Origin: Bacteroidales bacterium
GTDB lineage: Bacteria > Bacteroidota > Bacteroidia > Bacteroidales > Cfx3-03
Length of the DNA stretch: 50,061 bases
Direction: 5' to 3'
Assembly: GCA_023251485.1 (NCBI GenBank)
Contig: JAHEYR010000003.1
Coordinates: 1-50,061, forward strand
In this document: piece by piece, positions 1 to 9,410 of the stretch
Numbering within the stretch: position 1 is the first letter of the stretch
How the letters are laid out: each line of letters starts with the position of its first letter
Program-made: the position numbers and the translations under genes
Notes under the pieces: generated by a model
Databases searched by the model: none
The model's input: only the letters and a program-made list of their open reading frames with translations
Told to the model about the DNA's origin: nothing

Positions 1-1
1 A

Positions 2-334
2 GTTTCATTGCTGGCGAATAATCAAACAGTAACCGGTCAGGACGGCATCTTTTGAGCAGCCTGTATCGACAAAAACGCCAACGAACTGATTCTTAAATTT
101 GTCAACACAACAGACAAGCCACAAGATGCAAGCTTTGTGATTGAGGGCGTAAAAAAGTTACAACCTAAAGGAACATTAGTTGTACTGTCTGGCGAGAACA
201 ATGACCAGATCAACACATTAGATACACCTACTGCCATCAGTCCGAAACAGGAAGAAGTGACTTTAAAAGGTAAGAACCTCAAACTCACACTTAAAGCCTT
301 ATCCTTTAATGTAATCAGGATAAAGATGCTTTAG
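2..334 (+). CDS. 3' end of a probable alpha-L-arabinofuranosidase (GH51-type C-terminal domain); 5'-truncated by the window edge, with an in-frame TGA at 53-55
   Basis: Frame from nt 2 reads VSLLANNQTVTGQDGIF*AACIDKNANELILKFVN...NTLDTPTAISPK...SFNVIRIKML. This resembles GH51 C-termini (ELIxKxVN, NTLxxPxxIxP, SFxVxR). Confidence 0.7.
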
Positions 335-362
335 CCCTAAAAAGCTATCTATCTAAAGAAAG

Positions 363-402
363 AATTCCCCCTAACGAACGGCAGCGTTTGTTAGGGGGAA
401 TT
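363..402. terminator. probable bidirectional intrinsic terminator
   Basis: AATTCCCCCTAACGAACG-gcag-CGTTTGTTAGGGGGAATT hairpin between convergent genes, with T-rich sequence following. Confidence 0.8.
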
Positions 403-431
403 TTATTTTCTAATCTTGCGGGTGTAGCTCC

Positions 432-1298
432 TTAAAACTGATGGAATCCCATAGAAACGAATTCCATTACACTAGGTAATGCACCACGCCAATATGTCCA
501 GGTATGACCACCATCACGGGTTCTATATTCATGAGGGATCTCCTTTTTACGCATTGCAATATGTACCAATGAGTTTCCTTCATACAAAAAGTCATCATCG
601 CCACAATCGATATACCATCTTACCGCCTTCTTCTGATCGTCAGGCATGGCAGCCATCAAAACCGGCACACTACTCTTGTTATAATATGCAGCAATTTCAT
701 CATCAGTTGGGTTCAGATTTCCCATTCTGATCAAATATTTTTTTGCGTCATCCAGTGTTATCGGACCACAACTGGCACTCAACGGACAAGCGGATGAAAA
801 CATTTCAGGATGGTGCAGTGCGTAGATGAAAGTTCCGCCACCGCCCATTGACAAGCCGGAGATAGCCCGAAATCGCTTATCGCTTTTCACGCGATATTCT
901 TTTTCTATGAAAGGGACAAACTCCTGAAAGAAGAAATCTTCATAATTCCAAACGCCCTTCAGATCGTTAAAATACCCACGTTGACCTGTATTTGCATCTG
1001 GCATCACGATAATCATAGCAGTAGCAGTGCCATCTGCAATAGCCTTATCAGCAATCTGTTGAACTTCACCAAACTGAACCCATCCTGTTTGGTCATCACC
1101 AGCCCCATGCAACAAATACAGAATAGGGTAACTCCGATTGGAGGTTTCATAATCGGCAGGAAGATAGACAGCGTATTTCCTGTCCATTTTCAGGATCTTG
1201 CTTTTCATGGAAAGGTTATCAAACACCTTTCCGGTTTGTGCCAACGCCAACGTCGACAAAAAAACACAAAATGCTAAAAGAGTAAGTAATTTTTTCAT
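432..1298 (-). CDS. secreted alpha/beta-hydrolase esterase (carbohydrate esterase CE1-like)
   Basis: Signal peptide; YPILYLLHG; nucleophile motif GLSMGG; DCGDDDFL; GGHTW with the catalytic His. Confidence 0.88.
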   Translation of the reverse strand: MKKLLTLLAFCVFLSTLALAQTGKVFDNLSMKSKILKMDRKYAVYLPADYETSNRSYPILYLLHGAGDDQTGWVQFGEVQQIADKAIADGTATAMIIVMPDANTGQRGYFNDLKGVWNYEDFFFQEFVPFIEKEYRVKSDKRFRAISGLSMGGGGTFIYALHHPEMFSSACPLSASCGPITLDDAKKYLIRMGNLNPTDDEIAAYYNKSSVPVLMAAMPDDQKKAVRWYIDCGDDDFLYEGNSLVHIAMRKKEIPHEYRTRDGGHTWTYWRGALPSVMEFVSMGFHQF

Positions 1299-1610
1299 GA
1301 GTTGATTTTATTGAAATTTGTTTAATAAGGGTTCTATCGAAATGGTATTAATATCTCTGTAAAGAAGGAGTAATATAAAGAAGCTCATTCTTTGCAATTT
1401 AAAGACATCGTAAATGTAACAAGCTTTTTGGTTGTCAACAAATTTATCAGCGAATTATTTTACGAATAGATTGACCACCAAAGTATAAACATGTATTTTT
1501 GCAAGCATCTGATCATTAGATCTACTTTCAAAGAATCTGATTTCAACCGCTCAGAAATGATCATGATAAATTTGAGAGATACTTTCCAGATCATGAAAAG
1601 ATACTTTGCC

Positions 1611-1705
1611 CCTAACCCCAACCTGACCCCATTCTGATCCTATCCTGACCCCAAACTGATTCGATCACTGCATTAGGATTAGGTTAGCGACAGAATAGGG
1701 ATTTA
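1611..1705. repeat. palindromic array of 11-bp periodic units (5 forward + 3 inverted)
   Basis: Forward units cctaaccccaa/cctgaccccat/tctgatcctat/cctgaccccaa/actgattcgat; 7-nt spacer; inverted units ttaggattagg/ttagcgacaga/atagggattta. Confidence 0.75.
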
Positions 1706-1910
1706 AAAGGGAGAATTAAATTTCAGGTCTATAATATCGGAAAATGATCTCATTTTCATATTTTGGATGTATGATCATTTTCGAAAAGGAATATTCCTTC
1801 CTTTTCAAAAGGTGGTTTATTAAAACGTGATCTAAATTTATCATCACAAAATGATCTCAAAAGAGATAAAGAAAGACCCAAATCTATCATTTTCTTAAAA
1901 TTAATTTGAA

Positions 1911-1950
1911 ATTGGCTTCAGTTGGCTTCCAATGGCTTCGTTTGGCCACC
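1911..1950 (+). repeat. four tandem 10-bp phased direct repeats (nnTGGCTTCn)
   Basis: attggcttca-gttggcttcc-aatggcttcg-tttggccacc. Confidence 0.8.
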
Positions 1951-1959
1951 CCCGAATCC

Positions 1960-1991
1960 TTGACAGGTCCAATCCCCGATTTGTAATTTTA
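1960..1991 (+). promoter_or_regulatory. putative Bacteroidota-type promoter (-33 TTG / -7 TAATTTTA) for the 2096 gene
   Basis: TTG(ACA) at 1960 and TAATTTTA at 1984-1991 (one mismatch to TAnnTTTG), 21 nt apart. Confidence 0.45.
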
Positions 1992-2095
1992 CACTGTTGA
2001 TCAGCCCTATTTTTAATTGACAAAATCATTAATCGGGTCGCCCTGTGCTAAAGACAAAAACGAAAAGCTATTCGCGACTACAAAAATCAAGAATT

Positions 2096-2899
2096 ATGGC
2101 AGAGTCTAAAGGTCCCATTCGCTTCAAAGGAAGTCTGGGAGATATCAGGTCGTATTACGACAGTGATTTAAGAAAATGGATCTATGCAACCAAAGGAGGA
2201 GCAAACAAAGATCTGATTAAAAATAACCCGGCATTTGCCAGAACCCGCGAGCTTAACGAAGAATGGAAAGGCAATTCCATCTGGGCAAAAATAGTTCGAA
2301 AAGGAACGGATGGGTTGAGTCAGCTGAAACAAGGACGAAACAACTGTTACCTGTTAAAGATCGCTGAAAGAATACAGGTAATGAACCATGAAGATTCGAT
2401 GGGTAAACGAAGGATTGAGTCATCTAAATTTAACTATCCATTAATTGGATATAGCTTTAGCAATAAACATCCATTTAATGAAGTTTTCATTGGTGAAACC
2501 ACGTTGTCGATTACTGACGACCGAAGTAAAGTAACGCTTTCGTTAAACAACTTCATCGCTAAAAACAAGTTTTCATGGCCCGAGACCATTAGAAACTATC
2601 GCATTTATCTAAACATTTCCGTAGTACCCGATGTGATTTGGAACGAATTTGAAAGAAAATTTGAAACCGTATATTCCCCCTTCGACCCTATGTGTACAAC
2701 AAGTGTCAGCGAATGGATGTCTATAAACACAGATTCAGTAGACATCAGCGTAGTTACTGAGTTTTCAAAAGACTTCAAACCACACGAAAAAAGCATTGTC
2801 ATTGCAGCTATGGGTGTCGAATTTGCGTCATACATTGAATACGGTTCTCCCTATATTGTGAAAGATTGTGGGAGCATGGCGATATTGGGGTGTTTTTAA
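2096..2899 (+). CDS. uncharacterised protein (267 aa) with a basic N-terminus and beta-rich C-terminus
   Basis: Long ORF; ATG at 2096 preferred over GTG at 2045. The N-terminus MAESKGPIRFKGSLGDIRSYY...KGG...NPAFARTRE resembles, from memory, a widespread Bacteroidota hypothetical family. No function recognised. Confidence 0.8.
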   Translation: MAESKGPIRFKGSLGDIRSYYDSDLRKWIYATKGGANKDLIKNNPAFARTRELNEEWKGNSIWAKIVRKGTDGLSQLKQGRNNCYLLKIAERIQVMNHEDSMGKRRIESSKFNYPLIGYSFSNKHPFNEVFIGETTLSITDDRSKVTLSLNNFIAKNKFSWPETIRNYRIYLNISVVPDVIWNEFERKFETVYSPFDPMCTTSVSEWMSINTDSVDISVVTEFSKDFKPHEKSIVIAAMGVEFASYIEYGSPYIVKDCGSMAILGCF

Positions 2900-3120
2900 A
2901 TCGAATAACATTGTTCTTGATGGCACTGGTTCTTTGAAATACGCAGAATAGTTGTTATATAGTACGGAATTAATACCTTATAGTCAAACTTGCCGCTGTT
3001 ATAAATACAAAGTAAAACTTTTATTATATCTGTTTTTATTTTGTATGAATTAGATCGTACACAACATGCTCAAAGAAGATAGTATATAGATAAGTTAAAA
3101 CAATAAAGAATTATAATGTT

Positions 3121-3370
3121 ATGATAGCATCGTCCATTTATAAAGAAGCAATTAAAGAATATGTAGCAATAATTAGTTCAATTATTACTGCATATTCTTC
3201 AACAACTATGTAATTTTACATCAGAAAATGGAATTATCGCGTTTAAGAAAGCTGAAATCGAATATGATTTCAGCAAACTAGGTAAATATTTTTCTGCATC
3301 AAGTAATGAGGCTAACATTAAAAGGGAATCCTATTCATGGTTAGCCTTCGGAATCGAAAGTAAACATTGA
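3121..3370 (+). pseudogene. possible frameshifted gene remnant
   Basis: ATG ORF 3121-3213 overlaps a start-less open frame 3173-3370 (…HILQQLCNFTSENGIIAFKKAEIEYDFSKLGKYF…) that ends 5 nt before the yhcG-like ATG. Confidence 0.25.
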
Positions 3371-3375
3371 TAATT

Positions 3376-4491
3376 ATGGCCGACAAAACAAACAATATAC
3401 AACCTTATGTGCCTCAATTTGAGGAAGTGAGGCTAATGATTGATACTCATAAGTATCAAGCTTATAGAACAATCAATTATGAAAACATATTAACTAATTG
3501 GCAGGTGGGGCACTATGTTTCAGATAAACTTAAAACTGCTCAATGGGGTTCGGGAATTGTGACTAAGTTAGCTGCCTATCTTAAAATGAAGCAGCCTGAC
3601 TTAAAAGGATATGACAGAAGAGCATTTTATAGAATGGTGAAGTTCTATGAAATGTATAGCTCCACTGCATTTGTGGGAATACTGCCCCCACAATTACAAC
3701 TCCCTGAAAACAAGCAGAATCTAATTGTGGGGATGGTGTCCCCACAATTAGAAGACTCGACAAAAATACTATCTTTACTAACATTGATTAATTGGTCTTC
3801 TCATATAGAAATACTCTCTACAAGTAAAACACCAGAAGAGTGTATGTTCTATATTTTGTTGTGTTATAATGAAAACTTATCATTAAGGCAGTTAGAAAGG
3901 CAAATTGAAGCAGGTATCTATGAACGAAGTTTATTAGGCAATAATAATAGTTCTCAAATATTAAAAAAGACCTACCCTGAAGCGTCAAACCTCTTCAAAG
4001 ATAGCTATATGGTAGACTTTCTTAATCTCCCCTCTATTCATAGTGAAAAGAGTCTTCAAAAAGGACTTGTAGAGCAAATGAAAAAATTCATCCTTGATCT
4101 GGGCAAAGACTTTTTGTTTATTGGAAATGAATATCGTGTACAAGTCGGGATAAGTGATTTCAAGATTGACTTACTATTTTTCCATAGAGGTCTTCAATGT
4201 TTAGTGGCCATAGAACTAAAAACAACAAAATTCAAACCTGAATATATTGGACAACTTGATTTCTATCTTGAAGCCTTAGATCGAGATGTAAAGAAAGAAA
4301 ATGAAAATCCAAGCATTGGGATACTTCTTTGCAAAAGTACCGACAGCGAAGTTGTTGAATATGCCCTTAGTCGAAGTCTCAGTCCAACAATGATTGCTGA
4401 ATACAAACGACAATTAATTCCTAAAGAAATATTACAAAAACACCTTAGTGAATATTACAACAATATTGCTTCTTTGACAGAAGACGAATAA
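3376..4491 (+). CDS. YhcG/DUF1016 family PDDEXK nuclease-domain protein
   Basis: WGSGIVTKLA, NWSSHIEIL, FKDSYMVDFL, IDLLFFHRGLQCLVAIELK, YIGQLDFYL, ENPSIGILLC. ATG at 3376. Confidence 0.92.
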   Translation: MADKTNNIQPYVPQFEEVRLMIDTHKYQAYRTINYENILTNWQVGHYVSDKLKTAQWGSGIVTKLAAYLKMKQPDLKGYDRRAFYRMVKFYEMYSSTAFVGILPPQLQLPENKQNLIVGMVSPQLEDSTKILSLLTLINWSSHIEILSTSKTPEECMFYILLCYNENLSLRQLERQIEAGIYERSLLGNNNSSQILKKTYPEASNLFKDSYMVDFLNLPSIHSEKSLQKGLVEQMKKFILDLGKDFLFIGNEYRVQVGISDFKIDLLFFHRGLQCLVAIELKTTKFKPEYIGQLDFYLEALDRDVKKENENPSIGILLCKSTDSEVVEYALSRSLSPTMIAEYKRQLIPKEILQKHLSEYYNNIASLTEDE

Positions 4492-4874
4492 CGCATTCTG
4501 ATTGATAATTTATTTGAAGTGCCTTTGAACAACCTGATTCAGTAAAAGAAAGTAATTATTCATGAATCAGGATATATTATAGCGAGTTAAAAAAACCATC
4601 CCCCTCAGCATTAATCCAGCATAGTTCCTGTGCTAATTAGCGTATAATTAACAATTAAAGCTTCTAATTCAGGAATAATTATTAAATTTACACACAAGAA
4701 TAATTATTGGGAATTCAACCTAAAACTATTCATTTTTCTGGGCTTTAGAATATGATTTCGACGATTGTATTCCACCAAAAGGGGGATCCATCTTTGAATT
4801 GTGATTTAAAAGTTAAAACATTAAAATAAAATAAACCGTAAGGTTCAAAAATCGAAAATAAACATCGTATAATA

Positions 4875-6920
4875 ATGACGACACTACACAAAAACATTGA
4901 TTTAAAAGCTGCTGATAATATTCGTATTCTATCGGCTGCTATGGTTGAAAAAGCAAATTCGGGACATCCCGGTGGCGCCATGGGTGGAGCCGATTTTATG
5001 CATATCCTCTTCTCAGAGTTTCTTCGCTTTGACCCTACTGATATGAAATGGGCTTTCCGCGATCGTTTTTTCCTCGATCCGGGTCATATGTCGCCATTAT
5101 TGTACTCAACACTCTCCATGTTTGGAAAGTATTCGATGGAAGAGCTCTCTAAATTCAGACAATGGGGAAGTCCTACTCCTGGCCACCCTGAACTTGATGT
5201 TACCAGAGGTGTTGAAAATACTTCCGGTCCGCTTGGACAGGGTCATGTTATGGCACTTGGTGCTGCAATAGCTGAACGCTTTCTTGCGAATCGTTTTGGA
5301 GAATGGACTGCTCATAAGACTTATACCTACATCTCTGATGGTGGTGTTCAGGAAGAGATTTCACAAGGCGCCGGAAGACTTGCCGGATATCTTGGATTGA
5401 ATAACCTGATCATGTTTTATGATTCAAACGATATTCAGCTTTCAACTGAAACCAAAGCGGTTACTGTTGAAGATACTGCCATGAAATATACTGCATGGGG
5501 TTGGAAAGTTATTACAGTTGACGGACAGGATGTTGCTCAGATTCGCGAAGCCCTGACAGCTGCTAATGCTGAACTTGAAAAACCTACCCTCATCATTGGT
5601 AAAACCATCATGGGAAAAGGTGCTGTTACAGCTGACGGAAAATCATTCGAGTGTATGGTTTCAACACATGGCCAGCCATTAGGTAAAGCCGGAGCATCGT
5701 TCCCCGAAACAGTGAAGAACTTAGGCGGCGATGTTGAAAATTCTTTCACCATCTTTACTGAAGTTGAAGAGTTATATGCCAAAGCCGCTAAACACAAAAC
5801 AGCTGAAGTTGAAAAGCACAAAAAAGCACAGGCTTATTGGTCAAAACAACATCCTGATCTGGCGGCTACATTAGAAGCATTTTTATCAGGTGACACCAAT
5901 CATGTTGATTTCTCAGCAATAGAACACAAAAAGAATTGTTCTTCACGCGTTGCTTCGGGTGATGTATTGGCCGTATTTGCTAAGCAGATTCCAAATATGA
6001 TTGTGATCTCTGCCGACCTTGCGAATAGCGACATGACAGAATATTTCTTAAAGAAAACCACTCCATTTACGCATAAAGATTTCTCAGGCTCATTCCTGCA
6101 TGCAGGTGTTTCTGAATTAACGATGGCCGCTATTGCCAATGGATTAGCGCTACATGGCGGTATTATTCCGGTGTGTGCTACTTTCTTTGTCTTCAGCGAT
6201 TATATGAAACCTGCAGTACGTATTGCGGCTTTAATGGAACTTCCTGTTAAGTATGTCTGGACACATGATTAATTCCGCGTAGGTGAAGATGGTCCAACCC
6301 ATCAACCTGTTGAGCATGAAGCACAACTTCGTTTGATGGAACAGTTGAAAAACCATTCAGGTAAAAACAGTCTATTGGTTTTACGTCCTGGTGATGCTGC
6401 TGAGACTTCTGTTGCTTGGAAACTGGCAATGGAAAACAAAAGCACCCCAACAGCTTTGATCCTTTCTCGTCAAAACATCACTGATCTGCCTGCAACTACC
6501 GGAAACAGATATCAAGATGCACTTCAGAGTGCAAAGGGAGGTTATATTGTAAAAGAAACAACTGGCACGCCCGATATTATCTTTGTTGCCAATGGTTCTG
6601 AAGTAGCGACTTTAGTTGCTGCAGCTCAGATATTAGAACAAGAACATAAGATTAATGCAAGAGTGGTTTCGGTTCCTTCAAGTGGTTTATTCCTAAATCT
6701 ACCAGTTGCAGAACGCGTTGCAATTCTTCCTGCCGGCATTCCAAGATTTGGATTAACTGTAGGTTTACCTTCTACTTTATTATCAGTAGTTGGAAGTGAA
6801 GCCACCATCTTTGGTCTTGATCATTTCGGTTACTCTGCTCCTGCTGAGTTATTGGATGAGAAATTCGGATTTACTCCTTCAAATGTTGTAGCAGAAACAC
6901 TAAAGCAATTAGGGGCTTAA
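4875..6920 (+). pseudogene. tkt: transketolase interrupted by one in-frame TAA at 6270-6272 (pseudogene or sequence error)
   Basis: SGHPGGAMG, TPGHPE, ENTSGPLGQG, SDGGVQE. YVWTHD*FRVGEDGPTHQPVEH continues in frame into the 6333-6920 ORF; 681 codons in total. Confidence 0.93.
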
Positions 6921-6941
6921 TTTAAGCTGATTAAATAAACT

Positions 6942-6995
6942 AAAAGAACCTGACTGCTTCTCTTTTCAAAAAAAAGAAGTACAGGTTCTTTTTTT
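6942..6995 (+). terminator. intrinsic terminator after tkt
   Basis: AAAAGAACCTG...CAGGTTCTTTTTTT inverted repeat with a U-tract. Confidence 0.75.
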
Positions 6996-7096
6996 ATACC
7001 TCTTCTTCTCAAAACGGGCACTATATCTTAAATAAGTTCCTCTATTGACTGATATTTAAAACCCAAAAAACGCTCTTCTAAAAACTAATCACCACA

Positions 7097-9358
7097 ATGA
7101 AAAAAAGCTTAATCATCAAGACTACTCATTTTTTGCTTGGCTTGGTATTATCAGCTACCGCATTAAATGCACAAACTACCCTTACCGATTACAAAAGGGC
7201 AGATTCATTATTCAGAAATAATGAACGGGTGTATTCCGCTAACATCCAGGCAACATGGATTCCGGAGTCGCATAACTTCTGGTATATTAACTCAACCGCA
7301 AAAGGCAAAGAGTTTATGATGGTCAATGCAGATAAAGCCACAAAGACGATTGCCTTCGACCAAGAGAAGTTAGCGAAGAAAATCTCTGAGATAACCGGGA
7401 AGAAAGAATTGCCTTACAAGCTCCCAATCTCACTGGTCACCTTTTCGAAAGATCAAAAGAGTGTGGAGTTTGTAATCGACACCGCTAAATGGAAATACAC
7501 CATCGCGGACAACTCGCTTAAAAAGGTTGAAAGAATAAAAGATCAGCCCACTAAAGATGCATACTGGGGAGATGAAGATGGCGACGACAGAAAAGGGAAG
7601 CCCTTCATTTCACCAGACAAGACATTTGAAGCATTTATAAAGAATTATAACGTTTATATCAAAGAGATTAAAACGAAAAAAGAGTTTCAACTCAGTTTTG
7701 ATGGATCGGAAGGCGATTATTATTCGACATGGCTGATGTGGTCGCCCGACTCAAAGAAGCTGGCCACCTGCAAGGTAAGAGCCAATACCAAACACATTAT
7801 TAACTTTATCCGATCATCTCCTGTTGATCAGCTACAACCCAAACTGGAGTCGAGAGACTACCTTAAGCCCGGTGATGCTGTTCCTATCAGAAGACCAGCG
7901 CTCTTTAATATCGAGGAGAAGAAACAGATTGCGATCAATGCCGTTGCATTTGAAAACCAATATTCTTTAGATTTATCAGGATGGAGAAAAGACAGTAAAT
8001 CTTTCACCTTTGAGTTTAACCAAAGAGGCCATCAGGCATATCAGATAGGTTCTGTTGATGCTGAAACAGGCGAGATTAAAGTCATTATAGATGAACAGTG
8101 CAAAACCTTTTTCGACTATAGTGGAAAGAAATCGAGAAATGATATTTCGGACGGAAAGGAAATTATCTGGGCATCAGAGCGTGATGGATGGAACCATCTA
8201 TACCTTTTCGATGGTAAAACGGGAACGATCAAGAACCAAATAACCAAGGGAGAATGGGTTGTAAGAGAAGTGGTTAATGTCGACACTTTAGCCCGTCAGA
8301 TTATTTTTAAAGGAGCAGGGAAAGAGGCCGGAAAAGATCCTTATCTGGTTCATTATTACCGGATCAATTTCGACGGAACCAACCTTATCGACCTGACACC
8401 TGAGGATGCCAATCACACTGCGACCTTCTCTTCGGATTGGAAATATTTTGTGGATAGTTATTCACGTGTTGACCTTCCTCCGACGCATGTACTTCGTCAA
8501 TCGTCAGATGGCAAAGTCGTTAAGGAGTTAGAAAAGGCCAACATCACTGAGCTTTTAAAAACCGGATGGAAGATGCCGGAGGTCTTTTGCACAAAAGGAA
8601 GAGATGGAAAAACAGATATCTGGGGTGTCATTGTTCGTCCTTCAAACTTCGACCCTTCTAAGAAATATCCTATCATTGAATATATCTATGCCGGTCCCCA
8701 TAGTGCCTTTGTACCGAAGTCGTTTTTTGCATATAATGGATCGATGTCACCATTAGCAGAGCTTGGGTTTATCGTAGTACAGATTGATGGGATGGGAACA
8801 TCATTGCGTTCGAAGGCCTTTCATGATGTATGTTGGAAGAACTTAAAAGATGCAGGTTTTCCAGATCGGATCTTGTGGATGAAGGCTGCTGCTCAGAAAT
8901 ATCCTTACATGGATATCACGAGAGTGGGAATTCATGGCACCTCCGCAGGTGGACAGAATGCAATGGGGGCGTTATTGTTTCATCCTGAGTTTTACAAAGT
9001 ATCTGTTTCGTCATGCGGATGTCACGACAACCGAATGGATAAAATCTGGTGGAATGAAGCATGGATGAGTTATCCTATTGGTCCTCAATACGACTCATGT
9101 TCAAATGTAACCAATGCCTTCAGATTAAAAGGGAAGCTCTTATTGATGGTTGGAGAGGTCGACGATAATGTAGATCCTGCGACTACGATGCAGGTAGTCA
9201 ATGCTCTGATCAAAGCCAACAAAGAGTTCGACCTCCTGGTATTACCCGGATTAAATCACACAGCCGGAGGAAAGTATGGAGAACGCAGAAGAAGAGATTT
9301 CTTTGTCAAGAACCTATTGGGCAGTGAAACACCTGATTGGAACAAGATTGAACCTTAA
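7097..9358 (+). CDS. S9B dipeptidyl-peptidase IV family protein (DPP IV N-terminal + peptidase S9)
   Basis: Signal peptide; beta-propeller repeats (WSPDSKK); YAGP; GTSAGG nucleophile; GEVDDNVDP; PGLNH. Confidence 0.92.
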   Translation: MKKSLIIKTTHFLLGLVLSATALNAQTTLTDYKRADSLFRNNERVYSANIQATWIPESHNFWYINSTAKGKEFMMVNADKATKTIAFDQEKLAKKISEITGKKELPYKLPISLVTFSKDQKSVEFVIDTAKWKYTIADNSLKKVERIKDQPTKDAYWGDEDGDDRKGKPFISPDKTFEAFIKNYNVYIKEIKTKKEFQLSFDGSEGDYYSTWLMWSPDSKKLATCKVRANTKHIINFIRSSPVDQLQPKLESRDYLKPGDAVPIRRPALFNIEEKKQIAINAVAFENQYSLDLSGWRKDSKSFTFEFNQRGHQAYQIGSVDAETGEIKVIIDEQCKTFFDYSGKKSRNDISDGKEIIWASERDGWNHLYLFDGKTGTIKNQITKGEWVVREVVNVDTLARQIIFKGAGKEAGKDPYLVHYYRINFDGTNLIDLTPEDANHTATFSSDWKYFVDSYSRVDLPPTHVLRQSSDGKVVKELEKANITELLKTGWKMPEVFCTKGRDGKTDIWGVIVRPSNFDPSKKYPIIEYIYAGPHSAFVPKSFFAYNGSMSPLAELGFIVVQIDGMGTSLRSKAFHDVCWKNLKDAGFPDRILWMKAAAQKYPYMDITRVGIHGTSAGGQNAMGALLFHPEFYKVSVSSCGCHDNRMDKIWWNEAWMSYPIGPQYDSCSNVTNAFRLKGKLLLMVGEVDDNVDPATTMQVVNALIKANKEFDLLVLPGLNHTAGGKYGERRRRDFFVKNLLGSETPDWNKIEP

Positions 9359-9410
9359 ATCATTACAGACTGAATTGTTGGTGCGGACTTAAAATTTGCA
9401 CCAATGGGGA

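Noticed and set aside
1611-1950. CRISPR array
   Set aside because: Units are 10-11 bp, contiguous and degenerate, with no unique spacers and no cas genes.
53-6272. Stop-codon reassignment or selenocysteine as the explanation for the internal stops
   Set aside because: The two stops differ (TGA, TAA), and both codons end other genes normally here (TGA ends comM; TAA ends secA). Neither site is a catalytic Cys position.
6333-6920. Separate transketolase C-terminal subunit gene
   Set aside because: It is in frame with the upstream ORF, and the 60 nt between them encode the conserved GEDGPTHQ motif.
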